A stretch of 64,000 nt of DNA from Clostridia bacterium. GTDB taxonomy: Bacteria; Bacillota; Clostridia; JAAYHZ01. Both the position numbers and the translations under genes were made by a program. This document shows, in pieces, positions 37,060 through 47,257 of the stretch. The notes under the pieces were generated by a model. The model saw nothing but the letters and a program-made list of their open reading frames with translations, had not been told where the DNA came from and did not search any database. The stretch covers positions 64,001 through 128,000 of the forward strand of contig JBMNIH010000003.1 in the NCBI GenBank assembly GCA_050950825.1, in the 5' to 3' direction. Numbering within the stretch: the stretch's first letter is position 1; every line of letters starts with the position of its first letter.

Positions 37060-39240
37060 ATGAAAATAAAAAATTTTAGATTATTAAGAGGTTTATTAAG
37101 TATATCCATGATTTTGTTTTTATCATCGGCCTGCCAAAGTACCGGTACAGGGAATGAACCGGAAGCTCCCCCGTCTACAACAGAGGTCACGACATCGGAA
37201 GTAATGACGAAAAAAGACGAAGCCGTATCCTTCGAGACCGCAGAGGAAACCGACAGCGAAACGGTTGAAGAAACGGGATATTTAGACAACATCGAAGTCG
37301 TGAATATCGAAAAGATCGGCTCGCCTATCAGCAACATGCAGATATCGGCATGCTGCATCGGTACGAATGAAGACGAAGATCATATCTTTTACGGAATTTC
37401 GGAAGGAACTCTTTTTGCATACAACCCGGATACGAACCGGCTTTTGGATGTCGTAAATGTAGCAAGCTCAAACGCCTTGGATATGGGACCGGACGGAGTG
37501 ATCAATATCGCTAGCGGGAAAGGTTTTTATCGATATGATCCCGCAAAAAAAGAGCTGAAAAGCTACGGCTCCCTGTCACCGGAAACGGCGGTTATGCATA
37601 AGGGGTGCTTTGATTCGGAGGGAAATTACTACTTCGGCACCTATCCCAATGCCGCATTGTTTAAATACGATATAAAATCGGACATGTTGGTCAAAATCGG
37701 AACGAATATGGTGTCCGGCAATTACATAAAATCCATGGCCTCCTGCGGCGATTCTATCTTTATGGGATCTTTAGGCTCAACGGACAAACCTGCAGAAATT
37801 AAGGTCTATCATGCAAAGACCGGTATCGTAAGCGATGTGCCCAATCCCGTTTGGAAGGAAAGAGGCATCGTGGAAGACGAGGTCAAGCAATACTATTCCA
37901 TGACCGGCGTAGGAAGGTATCTTTTTGCCAGGTTCTCTTGCTACACGGTCGATATTTCCTATGTTTTAGGTGTTTACGATACGGAGACCGGCCGGTGGAC
38001 GGATTTTATTCTCGGAACACAGCATCTCCACTCGACGGATCTCGATGACGAGGGCTTATCCTATTTTCGAGCGGAAGGAAAATACGGCGAAAGGACCTTT
38101 ATATCATACAACCCCGAAACAAAGGAAAGAAATGACTTCGACGGCTTAGGCTCGTACAACGGAGCATTTATCAGCCCGGTTACGGTTACTTTAAAGGATC
38201 AAAAGACCTATCCGGGCAAAACGGTGATTTTCGGTGCAGGAGATCAAGGAATCGCTTTATTCAATCTTCAAAATCAAAGCATGCAGTTTATAAAAGACCC
38301 GCTTCCCCATGATTCTTTCCCTATAAGAACCATTAAAGGGGGCTACAATGACGATATTATCGTAAGCTCCATGGCAAGCACCAAGGTCGTGATATATGAC
38401 GTAAAGAACAAGGCTCCGAGGCTGGAGCTTCCCTTAAGTCAAATGGAGGGAATCAATGTTTTTGACGGCAAATACTACTTGGGCGCTTACGGCAGCGAGG
38501 CGGCTTTGCTGGAGGTCGACCCGAAGACAGGGGAAATAACCCGGCTTGCCGATATGGCGGGTCACAACCAGAATCGAGCTTTTGTCGTAGAAGACGGCGG
38601 GGACTATATTCTCTGGGGCTCGATACCGAATTACGGATATCGAGGAGGAGGAATCGGTCTTTACCATAAAAGGCTCGGCTTAAAAATCGTACACTCAAAC
38701 GTGATTGCCGATCAATCCGTTGTAGGCTTAGCGTATAAAGACGGCATCATATACGGATCTACCACCATGTTCTGCGGCTTGGGAATAGAACCTGTGGTAG
38801 ATATCGCAAAGGTCTTTACCATGGATCGTAAAGGTAACGTTTTAAATCAAAAGGATATTCGACTGAAGTCCGATCCGAACGACCAGTACTTTGCAGGCGG
38901 CATGACTTTTAATAAAGAAGGCAGACTTTTTGTCGCCTGTCCGCAAACGCTTATTGAATTGGATCCTTTGACTTTGGAGATTAAAAATGAAATGAGAATA
39001 GGAGAAACGGTGATTCCCGCTTCTATTTTCCGATGGCAGCCCTTTGCCTTGGAATGGGATGACAACGGCCTTTTATACACCAACATAGGAGGTGTCATCA
39101 GTGTTGTGGACGTGGATGCATGGAAGCATAAGCAATTGGCACCGATTAATACGGCTATGGTGACTTTAGGATCCGACGGAAATCTATACTTTATGTCCGA
39201 TTCGAATATGATGATAAGCCGTATTCGTTTATCAAGATAG
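37060..39240 (+). CDS. Beta-propeller (WD40/PQQ-like) lipoprotein, function unknown
   Basis: MKIKNFRLLRGLLSISMILFLSSAC lipobox, Thr/Glu-rich linker, repeated YDP/YNP blades, YFGTYP, GSIPNYGYRGG; AAGGAG RBS. Confidence 0.7.
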   Translation: MKIKNFRLLRGLLSISMILFLSSACQSTGTGNEPEAPPSTTEVTTSEVMTKKDEAVSFETAEETDSETVEETGYLDNIEVVNIEKIGSPISNMQISACCIGTNEDEDHIFYGISEGTLFAYNPDTNRLLDVVNVASSNALDMGPDGVINIASGKGFYRYDPAKKELKSYGSLSPETAVMHKGCFDSEGNYYFGTYPNAALFKYDIKSDMLVKIGTNMVSGNYIKSMASCGDSIFMGSLGSTDKPAEIKVYHAKTGIVSDVPNPVWKERGIVEDEVKQYYSMTGVGRYLFARFSCYTVDISYVLGVYDTETGRWTDFILGTQHLHSTDLDDEGLSYFRAEGKYGERTFISYNPETKERNDFDGLGSYNGAFISPVTVTLKDQKTYPGKTVIFGAGDQGIALFNLQNQSMQFIKDPLPHDSFPIRTIKGGYNDDIIVSSMASTKVVIYDVKNKAPRLELPLSQMEGINVFDGKYYLGAYGSEAALLEVDPKTGEITRLADMAGHNQNRAFVVEDGGDYILWGSIPNYGYRGGGIGLYHKRLGLKIVHSNVIADQSVVGLAYKDGIIYGSTTMFCGLGIEPVVDIAKVFTMDRKGNVLNQKDIRLKSDPNDQYFAGGMTFNKEGRLFVACPQTLIELDPLTLEIKNEMRIGETVIPASIFRWQPFALEWDDNGLLYTNIGGVISVVDVDAWKHKQLAPINTAMVTLGSDGNLYFMSDSNMMISRIRLSR

Positions 39241-39283
39241 GAAGAACCATACTAGCATAATATTGCAAGAAAGTGAGGGCACC

Positions 39284-41296
39284 ATGAAGAATCGAATACT
39301 CATTGTAAGTAAGGCGAATGATTCGAACGATTTATTGGAAGTCATGAAGGCAAACGGTATCGGCTTTGATATTTTACATCCCGACAGCGTACACGAGCAT
39401 AATTTGGATAAGTATGAGGGGATTATGCTTCTTGGCGGAAGCAGTGAAGAGCCTTTGGAAATTTTCCCGAAAGACCGACTCGTCATTCATGAACAAATTA
39501 AAAAGGGGAAAAAGGTCTTTGCGGAATACTGCAGGGGAATCCATAATGTTTGTTTTACGGATAGCGTGTCCACACGCTACGAAAGACCGGTAGCCTTCAT
39601 GGACTATCCCGAGGCGGGCTTGGAAAAAGGAGATATATTGGACGAGCAGTGCAATAACCGTTTAAAGGTATTCCTGCTAGCAAGCAAAGGCACGCCTATT
39701 CTTCAGTATATAAACAACCCCCGTGGATTTTATAAAACCGACATGGACTTAGAAAAAGCCCGTTCAAAAGCCTACTATGCCTTGTGGTTCGAACACGACT
39801 CGTTATTGGTCTGCTCTTTTCGCTTGGTAAACTTCATCAAAGCGAAATTTGCACCTCGCAATAAGTGGAAGAAGCTGATTCAATTCATTTTGAAGTGGGT
39901 GACCGGTCAAGAAATCGATATGAATGTAGCGGATCCGCTGTATGAAAAAGTTTATCGATTCGATGAGAATACGGAGCCTTTTAATGAAAAGTGTTTGGAT
40001 GCGGTAAACAGAGTTTTTGAGTGGTTTGAAATCAACGAAATGTACGATAAAAGATACGACCGCTACAACAGCGTAAAAGAAGGCTTAGGTCCTGCCGTCT
40101 ATGCCGACGGTACCCATAAAAGAGAAGAAACCGTTCGATCGGATAATACCGGCGAATTGTCTTTTGCGTGGTTTATGCGGTATATGATGACAAAAAACAA
40201 AGAGTGCTTAAAGGTATCCGATTCTTTGTCGGATTTCTTATTGGATCTGCAGGTCAGAGAAGAAGGTCCCTACTACGGCATGATAAGAAACGGAACCTTC
40301 GCTTGGTGGAATGTCTGCTACCAAGACGACAGCGCCCGAAGCTTTTTGCTGCCGAAATTGTTTGAAATGCTGTACACGGGAGAAATGAAATACGAAAGAC
40401 CGGTAAGAGATTGTCTTGACTTTCTAATTCGCACCACAGGAAAAGACGGGCTGAGGGTACCTTGTACTTATTTAATCTCCCCGGATTCTACCGAAACCTT
40501 TGGTAAACCTTATCGGATGCATCCCCCCCGGGAAGACGGAGTCATTCGCTATACCTTAGACGGAGAAGTGATAAGAGACATAGCCATATTCCCGAAAGTA
40601 GACGGCTCCACTCCTTCCGGCCATTATAACGGATGGTATTTGGCGTCTTTGTTTTTAGCATATAAGGTCTTAGGCGATGAAAAATATTTGGAGACGGCTA
40701 AAAAAGGAATGAGCCGCATCATGGCCGTTTATCCTTTCACGTCCAGAGAGCATTCCGAAACGCAGGAGCTTTGTCGATTAATTCTCCCGAGCGCCATGCA
40801 GTATTTTGCAACCGGAAGCGAAGAAGACAAGGCATTTTTGTATCGAGTAACAAAAGATTTGCAACGATTCAAGCATGAAAGCGGCGCTTACCTCGAGTGG
40901 GATACCGGGTATACCGCCAGAAGGTCGGGAACCGTAGGAGACGAATGCAGTCTTCTTAGCAAAAACGGAGATCCCGTAATAGATCATTTGTATTCTTTGA
41001 ATTGGCTTCCGGTCAGCTTTATCCAAAGCTATTTCGTAACCAAAGACCCGTACTTTTACACGCTTTGGGAGGATATCACCCGGTATTTTCTAAAAGTCCA
41101 GCTTCGAAGCGAGGATAAGGTTATAGACGGTGTTTGGACAAGGGCTTTTGATATCAATCACAAGGAAGTTTACGGAGTGCCGAATGACATCGGCTGGGCT
41201 CCGTGGTCGGTGGAAACCGGCTGGACCTTAGGAGAAATTATCATCGGCATCCAACAAGGGCTGATGGCAGAAGAGTTGATTGAAAAATATAAATAA
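39284..41296 (+). CDS. Hypothetical protein with probable (alpha/alpha)6-barrel glycosidase/lyase-like C-terminal domain
   Basis: Helical repeats such as LFLAYKVLGDEKYLETAKK and SYFVTKDPYFYTLW; aromatic/acidic motifs CYQDD, REHSETQE, WTRAFD, GWAPWSVETGW. Confidence 0.55.
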   Translation: MKNRILIVSKANDSNDLLEVMKANGIGFDILHPDSVHEHNLDKYEGIMLLGGSSEEPLEIFPKDRLVIHEQIKKGKKVFAEYCRGIHNVCFTDSVSTRYERPVAFMDYPEAGLEKGDILDEQCNNRLKVFLLASKGTPILQYINNPRGFYKTDMDLEKARSKAYYALWFEHDSLLVCSFRLVNFIKAKFAPRNKWKKLIQFILKWVTGQEIDMNVADPLYEKVYRFDENTEPFNEKCLDAVNRVFEWFEINEMYDKRYDRYNSVKEGLGPAVYADGTHKREETVRSDNTGELSFAWFMRYMMTKNKECLKVSDSLSDFLLDLQVREEGPYYGMIRNGTFAWWNVCYQDDSARSFLLPKLFEMLYTGEMKYERPVRDCLDFLIRTTGKDGLRVPCTYLISPDSTETFGKPYRMHPPREDGVIRYTLDGEVIRDIAIFPKVDGSTPSGHYNGWYLASLFLAYKVLGDEKYLETAKKGMSRIMAVYPFTSREHSETQELCRLILPSAMQYFATGSEEDKAFLYRVTKDLQRFKHESGAYLEWDTGYTARRSGTVGDECSLLSKNGDPVIDHLYSLNWLPVSFIQSYFVTKDPYFYTLWEDITRYFLKVQLRSEDKVIDGVWTRAFDINHKEVYGVPNDIGWAPWSVETGWTLGEIIIGIQQGLMAEELIEKYK

Positions 41297-41320
41297 TGAA
41301 GACCTATAATTATTCCTAAA

Positions 41321-41357
41321 ACATAAGGCAGTGCACGATTTCAGCACTGCCTTATGT
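41321..41357. terminator. Stem-loop between convergent genes
   Basis: ACATAAGGCAGTGC-N9-GCACTGCCTTATGT. Confidence 0.8.
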
Positions 41358-41382
41358 CGGTTGGATAAAGTCCGGTTGTCAT

Positions 41383-41805
41383 TTACGTATTTTTATCGAT
41401 GAACACACCCTCGGCGGAGCCGTATTGCTTCATGTATCCTTTGTTCCCTTTTTTGATTTCATTCAACCTTTTAATGTCTTTTTTATGTCGCTCCATATGC
41501 GTTTGCAAAAGGTCCATGTTTTCTTTTTCAAGCTTATCCGTTTCCATAAAGATGTTCTTTATACGGCTTATACTTTTCTGAGACTCCGCAAGCTTCGAAA
41601 CATCCGTTGTTTTCAATTTTTCATCCAGTTCGTCGATTTCACTTATCAGCGTCTCTCTTTCTTCCAACAAAGATTCAATTTTATCCATTTCAAACTCATC
41701 GCCCGATAGTATATCGTTAATCTCGTCGGAAATCTCGAATATCTTTCTTGCCAATAGACATTTTTCTTCCAGAATTTGAACAGGAGGCAGGAGGGATTCA
41801 TTCAT
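41383..41805 (-). CDS. FliT/FlgN-like flagellar chaperone
   Basis: Helical LLEERETLISEIDELD segment, C-terminal GVFIDK; start overlaps the fliS stop (TAATG). Confidence 0.65.
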   Translation of the reverse strand: MNESLLPPVQILEEKCLLARKIFEISDEINDILSGDEFEMDKIESLLEERETLISEIDELDEKLKTTDVSKLAESQKSISRIKNIFMETDKLEKENMDLLQTHMERHKKDIKRLNEIKKGNKGYMKQYGSAEGVFIDKNT

Positions 41806-42185
41806 TAATTCGAATCCCTCCTGTGGATTATTATGGCTTCCGCCCAAGCTTCTCGCAATTCGGTGATTAAGTCTAAGGCATCGTCCAATTCTTTGGTCGT
41901 GTTATGGATGTTTGCATGCACCAACAGGCGGCATACGAATTCATAAAGACGCATCAGGTTAAAGGATATCTCATAGCTCATGTCCAATGTAGACATCAGT
42001 TCGGTAATAATGTCTTGGGCTTTTTGCAGTGCCGAGTTTTTCTTCTCGATATCTTTTTCTTCGATATACTTTTTAGCGATTCGTATTTGCTTTAAGCATT
42101 CGTCATACAGCATCAATGTTAGGTTTTCGGAGGATGCCGTTAAAATGGACGTTTGCTTGTATTGCATATAGGGGTTATTTACCAT
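41805..42185 (-). CDS. fliS: Flagellin export chaperone FliS
   Basis: NPYMQYKQ.SILTAS..LTLMLYD, KAQDIITELMSTLDM, ELREAW. Confidence 0.95.
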   Translation of the reverse strand: MVNNPYMQYKQTSILTASSENLTLMLYDECLKQIRIAKKYIEEKDIEKKNSALQKAQDIITELMSTLDMSYEISFNLMRLYEFVCRLLVHANIHNTTKELDDALDLITELREAWAEAIIIHRRDSN

Positions 42186-42203
42186 TTGTTAGCTCCCTTC
42201 CAA

Positions 42204-43718
42204 TCAATACATCCCCAGTTGTTGGGCAAGCCACATGCTTTGGCTGTTCATTTTCGCCAGTGCGGATTCCATGGCTGCGAATTTTTTATAGTATTTTTCG
42301 CCCTTCAGATACATTTTATATTCCAGCTCTTTAATGTGATCTTTGTATTCATTGATCTTTTGACTCAAAGCATCGAAATCCACTTTTCCGTTGTAATCGG
42401 TAAAGGATGATAATAGTCGAGGTATGAAGCCGGATTCTTTATACTTAACCGATTTGTCTTCGGAGCTCGAGTTTTGTGTAAACAGCTTCATCACGTTGTC
42501 CCCGTTTTCTTTCAAGGCATTTCTCAGCTTTTGCTCGTCAATAACCAACTTCCCCCTATCATTATATGCCCCCGTCGTTATACCGATATCGGCTAAGCTT
42601 AAGTTCAAGCCCTCAATTTTTTGATAGACGCTTGCTCTTAATTCGTTTAAAAGAGTCGATATACCGATATCGTTTCGAAGCAGTCCTTTTTTCGCTTGCT
42701 CCTCCCATTTTGCTATATCCTCTTCCTTCATTTCTTTCTTTTGCGCTTCCGTCAGAGGAGTATAGTTGTAGTTCTTTTCTTCATAGATCCGATTGTTTAA
42801 ATTTTCGACCAATTCGTTGTAGGCGTTAATAAAATCCTTGATTTTATTAACCGTCGTATCGATATTTTGCGATACGCTGAACGAAATCGGTTTATCCGTT
42901 GTCCCCCTCAGGTTGTACTCAATACCGTCTATGACAAAGGTATTGCTGCTTCGAATCACTTTATAATTGTTAATCGTAATTTCGGCATCTTCTCCGACGA
43001 AGATTCCTTCGTCAATTCCTAAAGCGGAATCATCTCCTACGGCATTCCCCAAGATGTTTTCAACTTGAAGTGTTGCCGAAGATCCGGTAGCCTTTGTCGA
43101 TAAGGTCAATTTATCGGAAAGACTGCTGTAATAAACGGTAACGTTGGCTTCGCTGCCGTTGATATCGTTTATCAGCTTTTGAAGAGTATCGTTTTCATCA
43201 AACTCGAAAACGACGTCATTGATGGAAAATGAAATTTTCCCGTTTACAAATTCCAAGGATCTTGCCAAAGGCAAATCTTTTAAAGCGACGGATGTATTCA
43301 GTCCTTGCCCGCCGGATATTTTATCCGCTCCCGTTGCCGTTGCGCCTTTCGCTAATCGCGTAATTTCGTTTATGACATAGTTTCCCGTAATGGCACCGGA
43401 ATTCGCGGTTATCTTCACGTTCGCATTGGATTCCATCTCCACGTCATATGATTTATAAGCCGAAGAAGTATACATATTGGTTTCCGGACTCAAAACACTC
43501 ATATACTTGTTTCGGAATACCCGGATCATATTGTTGACTTCTCTTAAGCTATCGTTTTTCCATTCAACCAAAGTCTTGCTTTTGTACACCTTATCGATCT
43601 TCAGTTGTTCAATCTGCAACAAGCTGTTAACAAGGCTGTCGGTATCCATACCGGAAACCATTCCGGAGATTCTTGTTGAGCTTGATATTCCTGTTAAGTA
43701 ATTGCCATATGACGCCAT
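42204..43718 (-). CDS. fliD: Flagellar filament cap protein FliD
   Basis: RISGMVSGMDTDSLV, SNTFVIDGI, IKDFINAYN, PLTEAQK..M....IAKWEEQAKKGLL, FAAMESALAKMNSQ. Confidence 0.95.
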   Translation of the reverse strand: MASYGNYLTGISSSTRISGMVSGMDTDSLVNSLLQIEQLKIDKVYKSKTLVEWKNDSLREVNNMIRVFRNKYMSVLSPETNMYTSSAYKSYDVEMESNANVKITANSGAITGNYVINEITRLAKGATATGADKISGGQGLNTSVALKDLPLARSLEFVNGKISFSINDVVFEFDENDTLQKLINDINGSEANVTVYYSSLSDKLTLSTKATGSSATLQVENILGNAVGDDSALGIDEGIFVGEDAEITINNYKVIRSSNTFVIDGIEYNLRGTTDKPISFSVSQNIDTTVNKIKDFINAYNELVENLNNRIYEEKNYNYTPLTEAQKKEMKEEDIAKWEEQAKKGLLRNDIGISTLLNELRASVYQKIEGLNLSLADIGITTGAYNDRGKLVIDEQKLRNALKENGDNVMKLFTQNSSSEDKSVKYKESGFIPRLLSSFTDYNGKVDFDALSQKINEYKDHIKELEYKMYLKGEKYYKKFAAMESALAKMNSQSMWLAQQLGMY

Positions 43719-43786
43719 CGGTTTCCTCCTGCTTAAAACATCCTAAGTTTCAAAGTATTCTTTTTAACAACGCTTTTTATAAGTTT

Positions 43787-45743
43787 GATTCTACTGCAAA
43801 AAGCTCATTCTTACACTCGTAAAATTACACTAATGACATAATAAAATCCAATTTATGGTATTCAATTGCGATAAACGTCCCGAATTTGGGTATCAGCTAC
43901 CTCGATTCGATATCAAATCGAGGTAGTTTTCATGTGTTTTTTACCTTTTGCCTAATAAAAGGCACAATAATCCCTTTTGTTTGTCAAGTTGTTACTTTTG
44001 CATATCCGCCTTGCAAAAATTTGATAACTCGTTTTATGTTCTGCGCCATTGATAAGAATCCGCATACAACGGTTGATTTAATCAAACCGCGTACCTTCAT
44101 ATTATTCAGTCCTGTGCGTTTCAACGCCGAAACGGTTCCTTCGATTCCCGCTCTCTTACTAACGTTTTCCTTCCTGCAAGTGGCTATTTCTTCTCGTTTC
44201 CTTGCGGTTTCCATTGCTTTTTCACTGATTCTCACCACACAGTTTTTGTTCTGTTGCTTGCTGTAGCATCTGTTAAAATGCTCGCATTGCAGACAAACAT
44301 CTGTTTCGAAGTATGCCACCAATTGTCCTTTCGCTCTAACCGATCGGAAAGGCATATGACCCGCAGGGCATTTTTCAATCAATCCCGTTTCTTCTTTTAT
44401 TTCAAACTCACTCACCGAGATCTTGTCCGACGGCTTCCGTCCGCACATGTCCGTCAAATGAATTTGGACATCATTGGCTTCCGCGGCTTTGTAAACATCT
44501 TCCGAGTGAAAACCTCCGTCTATGTACATGTCGGTACATCCGGTGTTTTCTTTGACCTTTCGGATTCGCCCGCTTAATATTTCTTTGTCGCTTACAATGT
44601 TGGGCTTAACGGCGTAATCGGTAATCAATTGAACTTTGTTGTCTTTCGAGCAGGTTTCCGATACCTCAAGTACATAGCCGCTTTGCCCTTTATTGCCTTT
44701 CTTTCGATAGGTGGCGTCCTCGTCATAGGCGGATTGAAGCGAATCGGACGAGATTTCTTTGCTCTTCTTCGGTACAAGGTTACCGTTTTTATCGGTCTCC
44801 GACTGTTCTTTGATGAACCGTTCCAGTATGCGAACTTCGTCCGATTCTTTCTTGTCGGGCAGTTCCTTCAATATCTTGAGAGCTTCCGCGCTCATAGACA
44901 AAAGCGTCGTAAGCCTGCTTTCCGTATCGACGGTTCTTACCTTATGCAGCATTTCGGTTTTGAAATCCTTTTCAAGAACCTTCCCCATTGATTCGGGTCT
45001 TTGTTCTTTCGGAATGGCTTTTACCCCTTTCTCCAATACGTCGTAAGCCAATGCCAATCGACCCGCTTTCTTGATATTGCTTACGAACATGGTCGTATCG
45101 GTTCTTTGTTCGTCGAGCGAGGTTCCCGTCAGTTTCGCAAAATTCCTCAGTAACTCTATGAATTGACCGAATAAGAGGTTTTCGTCCTCGGGATGCTCCG
45201 TCAAATATTCATATACTCTTTCCCGAAAGTAATACAGCGTTCTTTCCGATATGTAAATCTCGCCAAGCGTTTTCCCTCCGACGGCATAAGTCGTTTGATA
45301 ATCAAGATATAGGGAATCCAAAAGATCTTGATCATTCAGATCTTTCATATACTTGATATATTCCAAAGACAGCAATATATTCACAGGTGTATTCGGTCTG
45401 CCTGTCTTGCTGTACAATTTCGCAAAAGGTTCTTCGTTGATATGGCAAAATACATGTTCATAGAATACAGGTGCCCAAGATTTTTTAAATCTTTCGCGTG
45501 CTTTTTCATGCATCCAATCGAGACTTGAGAAAATCGGTTGTTGTTTATGTGAATCGTTTGCTCTGAACATAAAATATATCTCCGGAAAATTCAAAATATG
45601 GATTAATGAAACATATCTATTTTACCATAAAACCTGTCTCAAGTCTAGTGTTTTCAAGTGTTTCGAGGCTTTTTAAGAGCCCTTTATGAAATTTTCTAGG
45701 TACATTAATTGTATAGATTTACTTGAGTTTTTGCAGTAGAATC
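43787..45743 (-). mobile_element. Complete insertion sequence (~1957 bp; IS1182/IS5-like DDE element)
   Basis: Perfect 16-bp terminal inverted repeats GATTCTACTGCAAAAA (43787-43802) and TTTTTGCAGTAGAATC (45728-45743). Flanking 6-bp direct repeat AAGTTT at 43781-43786 and 45744-45749. Confidence 0.92.
43984..45570 (-). CDS. DDE transposase
   Basis: GRPNTPVNIL, QRTDTT, SLQSAYDEDATYRKK, YIDGGF, CPAG..C..C..C, RAGIEGTVSALKR; start MFRAN after GGAGA. Confidence 0.92.
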   Translation of the reverse strand: MFRANDSHKQQPIFSSLDWMHEKARERFKKSWAPVFYEHVFCHINEEPFAKLYSKTGRPNTPVNILLSLEYIKYMKDLNDQDLLDSLYLDYQTTYAVGGKTLGEIYISERTLYYFRERVYEYLTEHPEDENLLFGQFIELLRNFAKLTGTSLDEQRTDTTMFVSNIKKAGRLALAYDVLEKGVKAIPKEQRPESMGKVLEKDFKTEMLHKVRTVDTESRLTTLLSMSAEALKILKELPDKKESDEVRILERFIKEQSETDKNGNLVPKKSKEISSDSLQSAYDEDATYRKKGNKGQSGYVLEVSETCSKDNKVQLITDYAVKPNIVSDKEILSGRIRKVKENTGCTDMYIDGGFHSEDVYKAAEANDVQIHLTDMCGRKPSDKISVSEFEIKEETGLIEKCPAGHMPFRSVRAKGQLVAYFETDVCLQCEHFNRCYSKQQNKNCVVRISEKAMETARKREEIATCRKENVSKRAGIEGTVSALKRTGLNNMKVRGLIKSTVVCGFLSMAQNIKRVIKFLQGGYAKVTT

Positions 45744-45774
45744 AAGTTTACATTCATATTCGCTTTTTAGCGGT

Positions 45775-45799
45775 AAAAGGCCCGGTTCGACGGGCCTTT
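45775..45799 (-). terminator. Terminator downstream of flagellin 3
   Basis: AAAGGCCCG-N6-CGGGCCTTT, with a short T run on the minus strand. Confidence 0.65.
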
Positions 45800-45877
45800 C
45801 GCCTATGCAACCTTTTTCATCGGTCAATGGGTTTTAAGTGTTATATATCAAAGGTTCGCTTTTATTTATGTATCAAA

Positions 45878-46993
45878 CTATCTTAACAGCTGCAGAACCG
45901 TCTGCGGTGTTTGGTTTGCTTGTGCCAACATAGCCGTTGCCGCTTGCGTCAGGATGTTGTTCTTGGTGAATATCATCATTTCTTTTGCCATGTCGACGTC
46001 GCGGATACGGCTTTCGGCGGCTTGCAGGTTTTCCGCAGAAATGTTCAAGCTGTTGATCTTGTGCTCCAATCTGTTCTGGTAAGCGCCTAACTTCGCACGT
46101 TCGGTAGAAACCAGATTGATGGCGTTGTTAACGGATGTAATTGCTGCCGTTGCTCCTTCTCTTGTGGATATATCGGCATCGGCGATTGCCAGACCCTTTG
46201 TGCTCATATCGCCGATCGTCAGAGCCAATTCGTCTCCCGCCAAAGATCCGGTTTGGAAGGTAGGTGTTGCATTAACCGTGATAGTCGCGGTGCCGGCTGT
46301 CAACTCTTTAATGGTCTTGGTGCCCAAATCAATGGATACGTTTAAACCGTCACCGCTAAAATCGATAACCGTAATGTCGCCATCGGCAGGGGTGGTATCC
46401 CAGTCATAGTCTACACTGGCGAGTTCGGTACCTGAAGAGTCGCTTATGCTTATCGTTGCGGTATCCGTACCCAATGTTACTGCAACGGTATAATCGCCTA
46501 CCGCTAAAACTCCCTGGTCATTATTCACCGTGACAATACCGATGTTGTCGTTCTTCACGGAAATGCCGCCAAAGGTCCCGTCCAAAAGAGCTCTGCCGTT
46601 GAAGGTGGTTTTGCTTGCGATGTCGTTGATTTCCTTCTTCAGTTCTGCAAATTCTTGCTGCAGCGCTTCACGGTCCACGTTGTCTTGGTTGGTATCGCTT
46701 GCCGATTGAACGGCCAGCTCGTTCATTCTCTGCAGAATGGCATGAGTTTCGGTTAAAGCACCTTCTGCGGTTTGGATCAATGATATGGCGTCTTGGGAAT
46801 TCTTCGCGGCCATTTCCAATCCGCGGATCTGAGCCTTCATCTTTTCAGAGATTGCCATTCCTGCTGCATCGTCTCCGGCTCTGTTGATTCTGTAACCGGA
46901 TGAAAGCTTTTCAATCGACTTGGATGTGTTGGCATTGTTGATGCTTAAGTATCTTTGTGTGTTTAATGCCATTAGGTTGTTGTTAATACGCAT
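45878..46993 (-). CDS. fliC: Flagellin (copy 3, 371 aa)
   Basis: MRINNN..., EKLSSGYRINRAGDDAAG, RAKLGAYQNRLEH, SRIRDVDMAKEM, QTVLQLLR; true start at 46993 with AAGGAGGT. Confidence 0.97.
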   Translation of the reverse strand: MRINNNLMALNTQRYLSINNANTSKSIEKLSSGYRINRAGDDAAGMAISEKMKAQIRGLEMAAKNSQDAISLIQTAEGALTETHAILQRMNELAVQSASDTNQDNVDREALQQEFAELKKEINDIASKTTFNGRALLDGTFGGISVKNDNIGIVTVNNDQGVLAVGDYTVAVTLGTDTATISISDSSGTELASVDYDWDTTPADGDITVIDFSGDGLNVSIDLGTKTIKELTAGTATITVNATPTFQTGSLAGDELALTIGDMSTKGLAIADADISTREGATAAITSVNNAINLVSTERAKLGAYQNRLEHKINSLNISAENLQAAESRIRDVDMAKEMMIFTKNNILTQAATAMLAQANQTPQTVLQLLR

Positions 46994-47084
46994 AAAATTT
47001 ACCTCCTTGAAAATCTTTTCGCTTCCTTGCTTAGTCCTTTTTTCTCCGTATAGGCGCCTTTTCGGATAAACTTGTTCCGTAACT

Positions 47085-47111
47085 TTATCGTATTTAGAGG
47101 ATAAAACTTTA
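47085..47111 (-). promoter_or_regulatory. Sigma-28 (SigD/FliA) promoter of flagellin 3
   Basis: TAAA-N15-TACGATAA on the minus strand (consensus TAAA-N15-GCCGATAA). Confidence 0.82.
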
Positions 47112-47177
47112 GACCAATACTTTAAGAATAGTTTTAAAGATTTACATAATTTGCCGCCTCTTTTCGATCGGCAAGGG

Positions 47178-47200
47178 AAAAGCCGGCTTTTGCCGGCTTT
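47178..47200 (-). terminator. Terminator after flagellin 2
   Basis: AAAGCCGGC-N4-GCCGGCTTT. Confidence 0.75.
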
Positions 47201-47257
47201 CACCTTATTCATCGCTATACTAATCTCGTATTAAGGGCAAGCATTCTGAAATAATAA

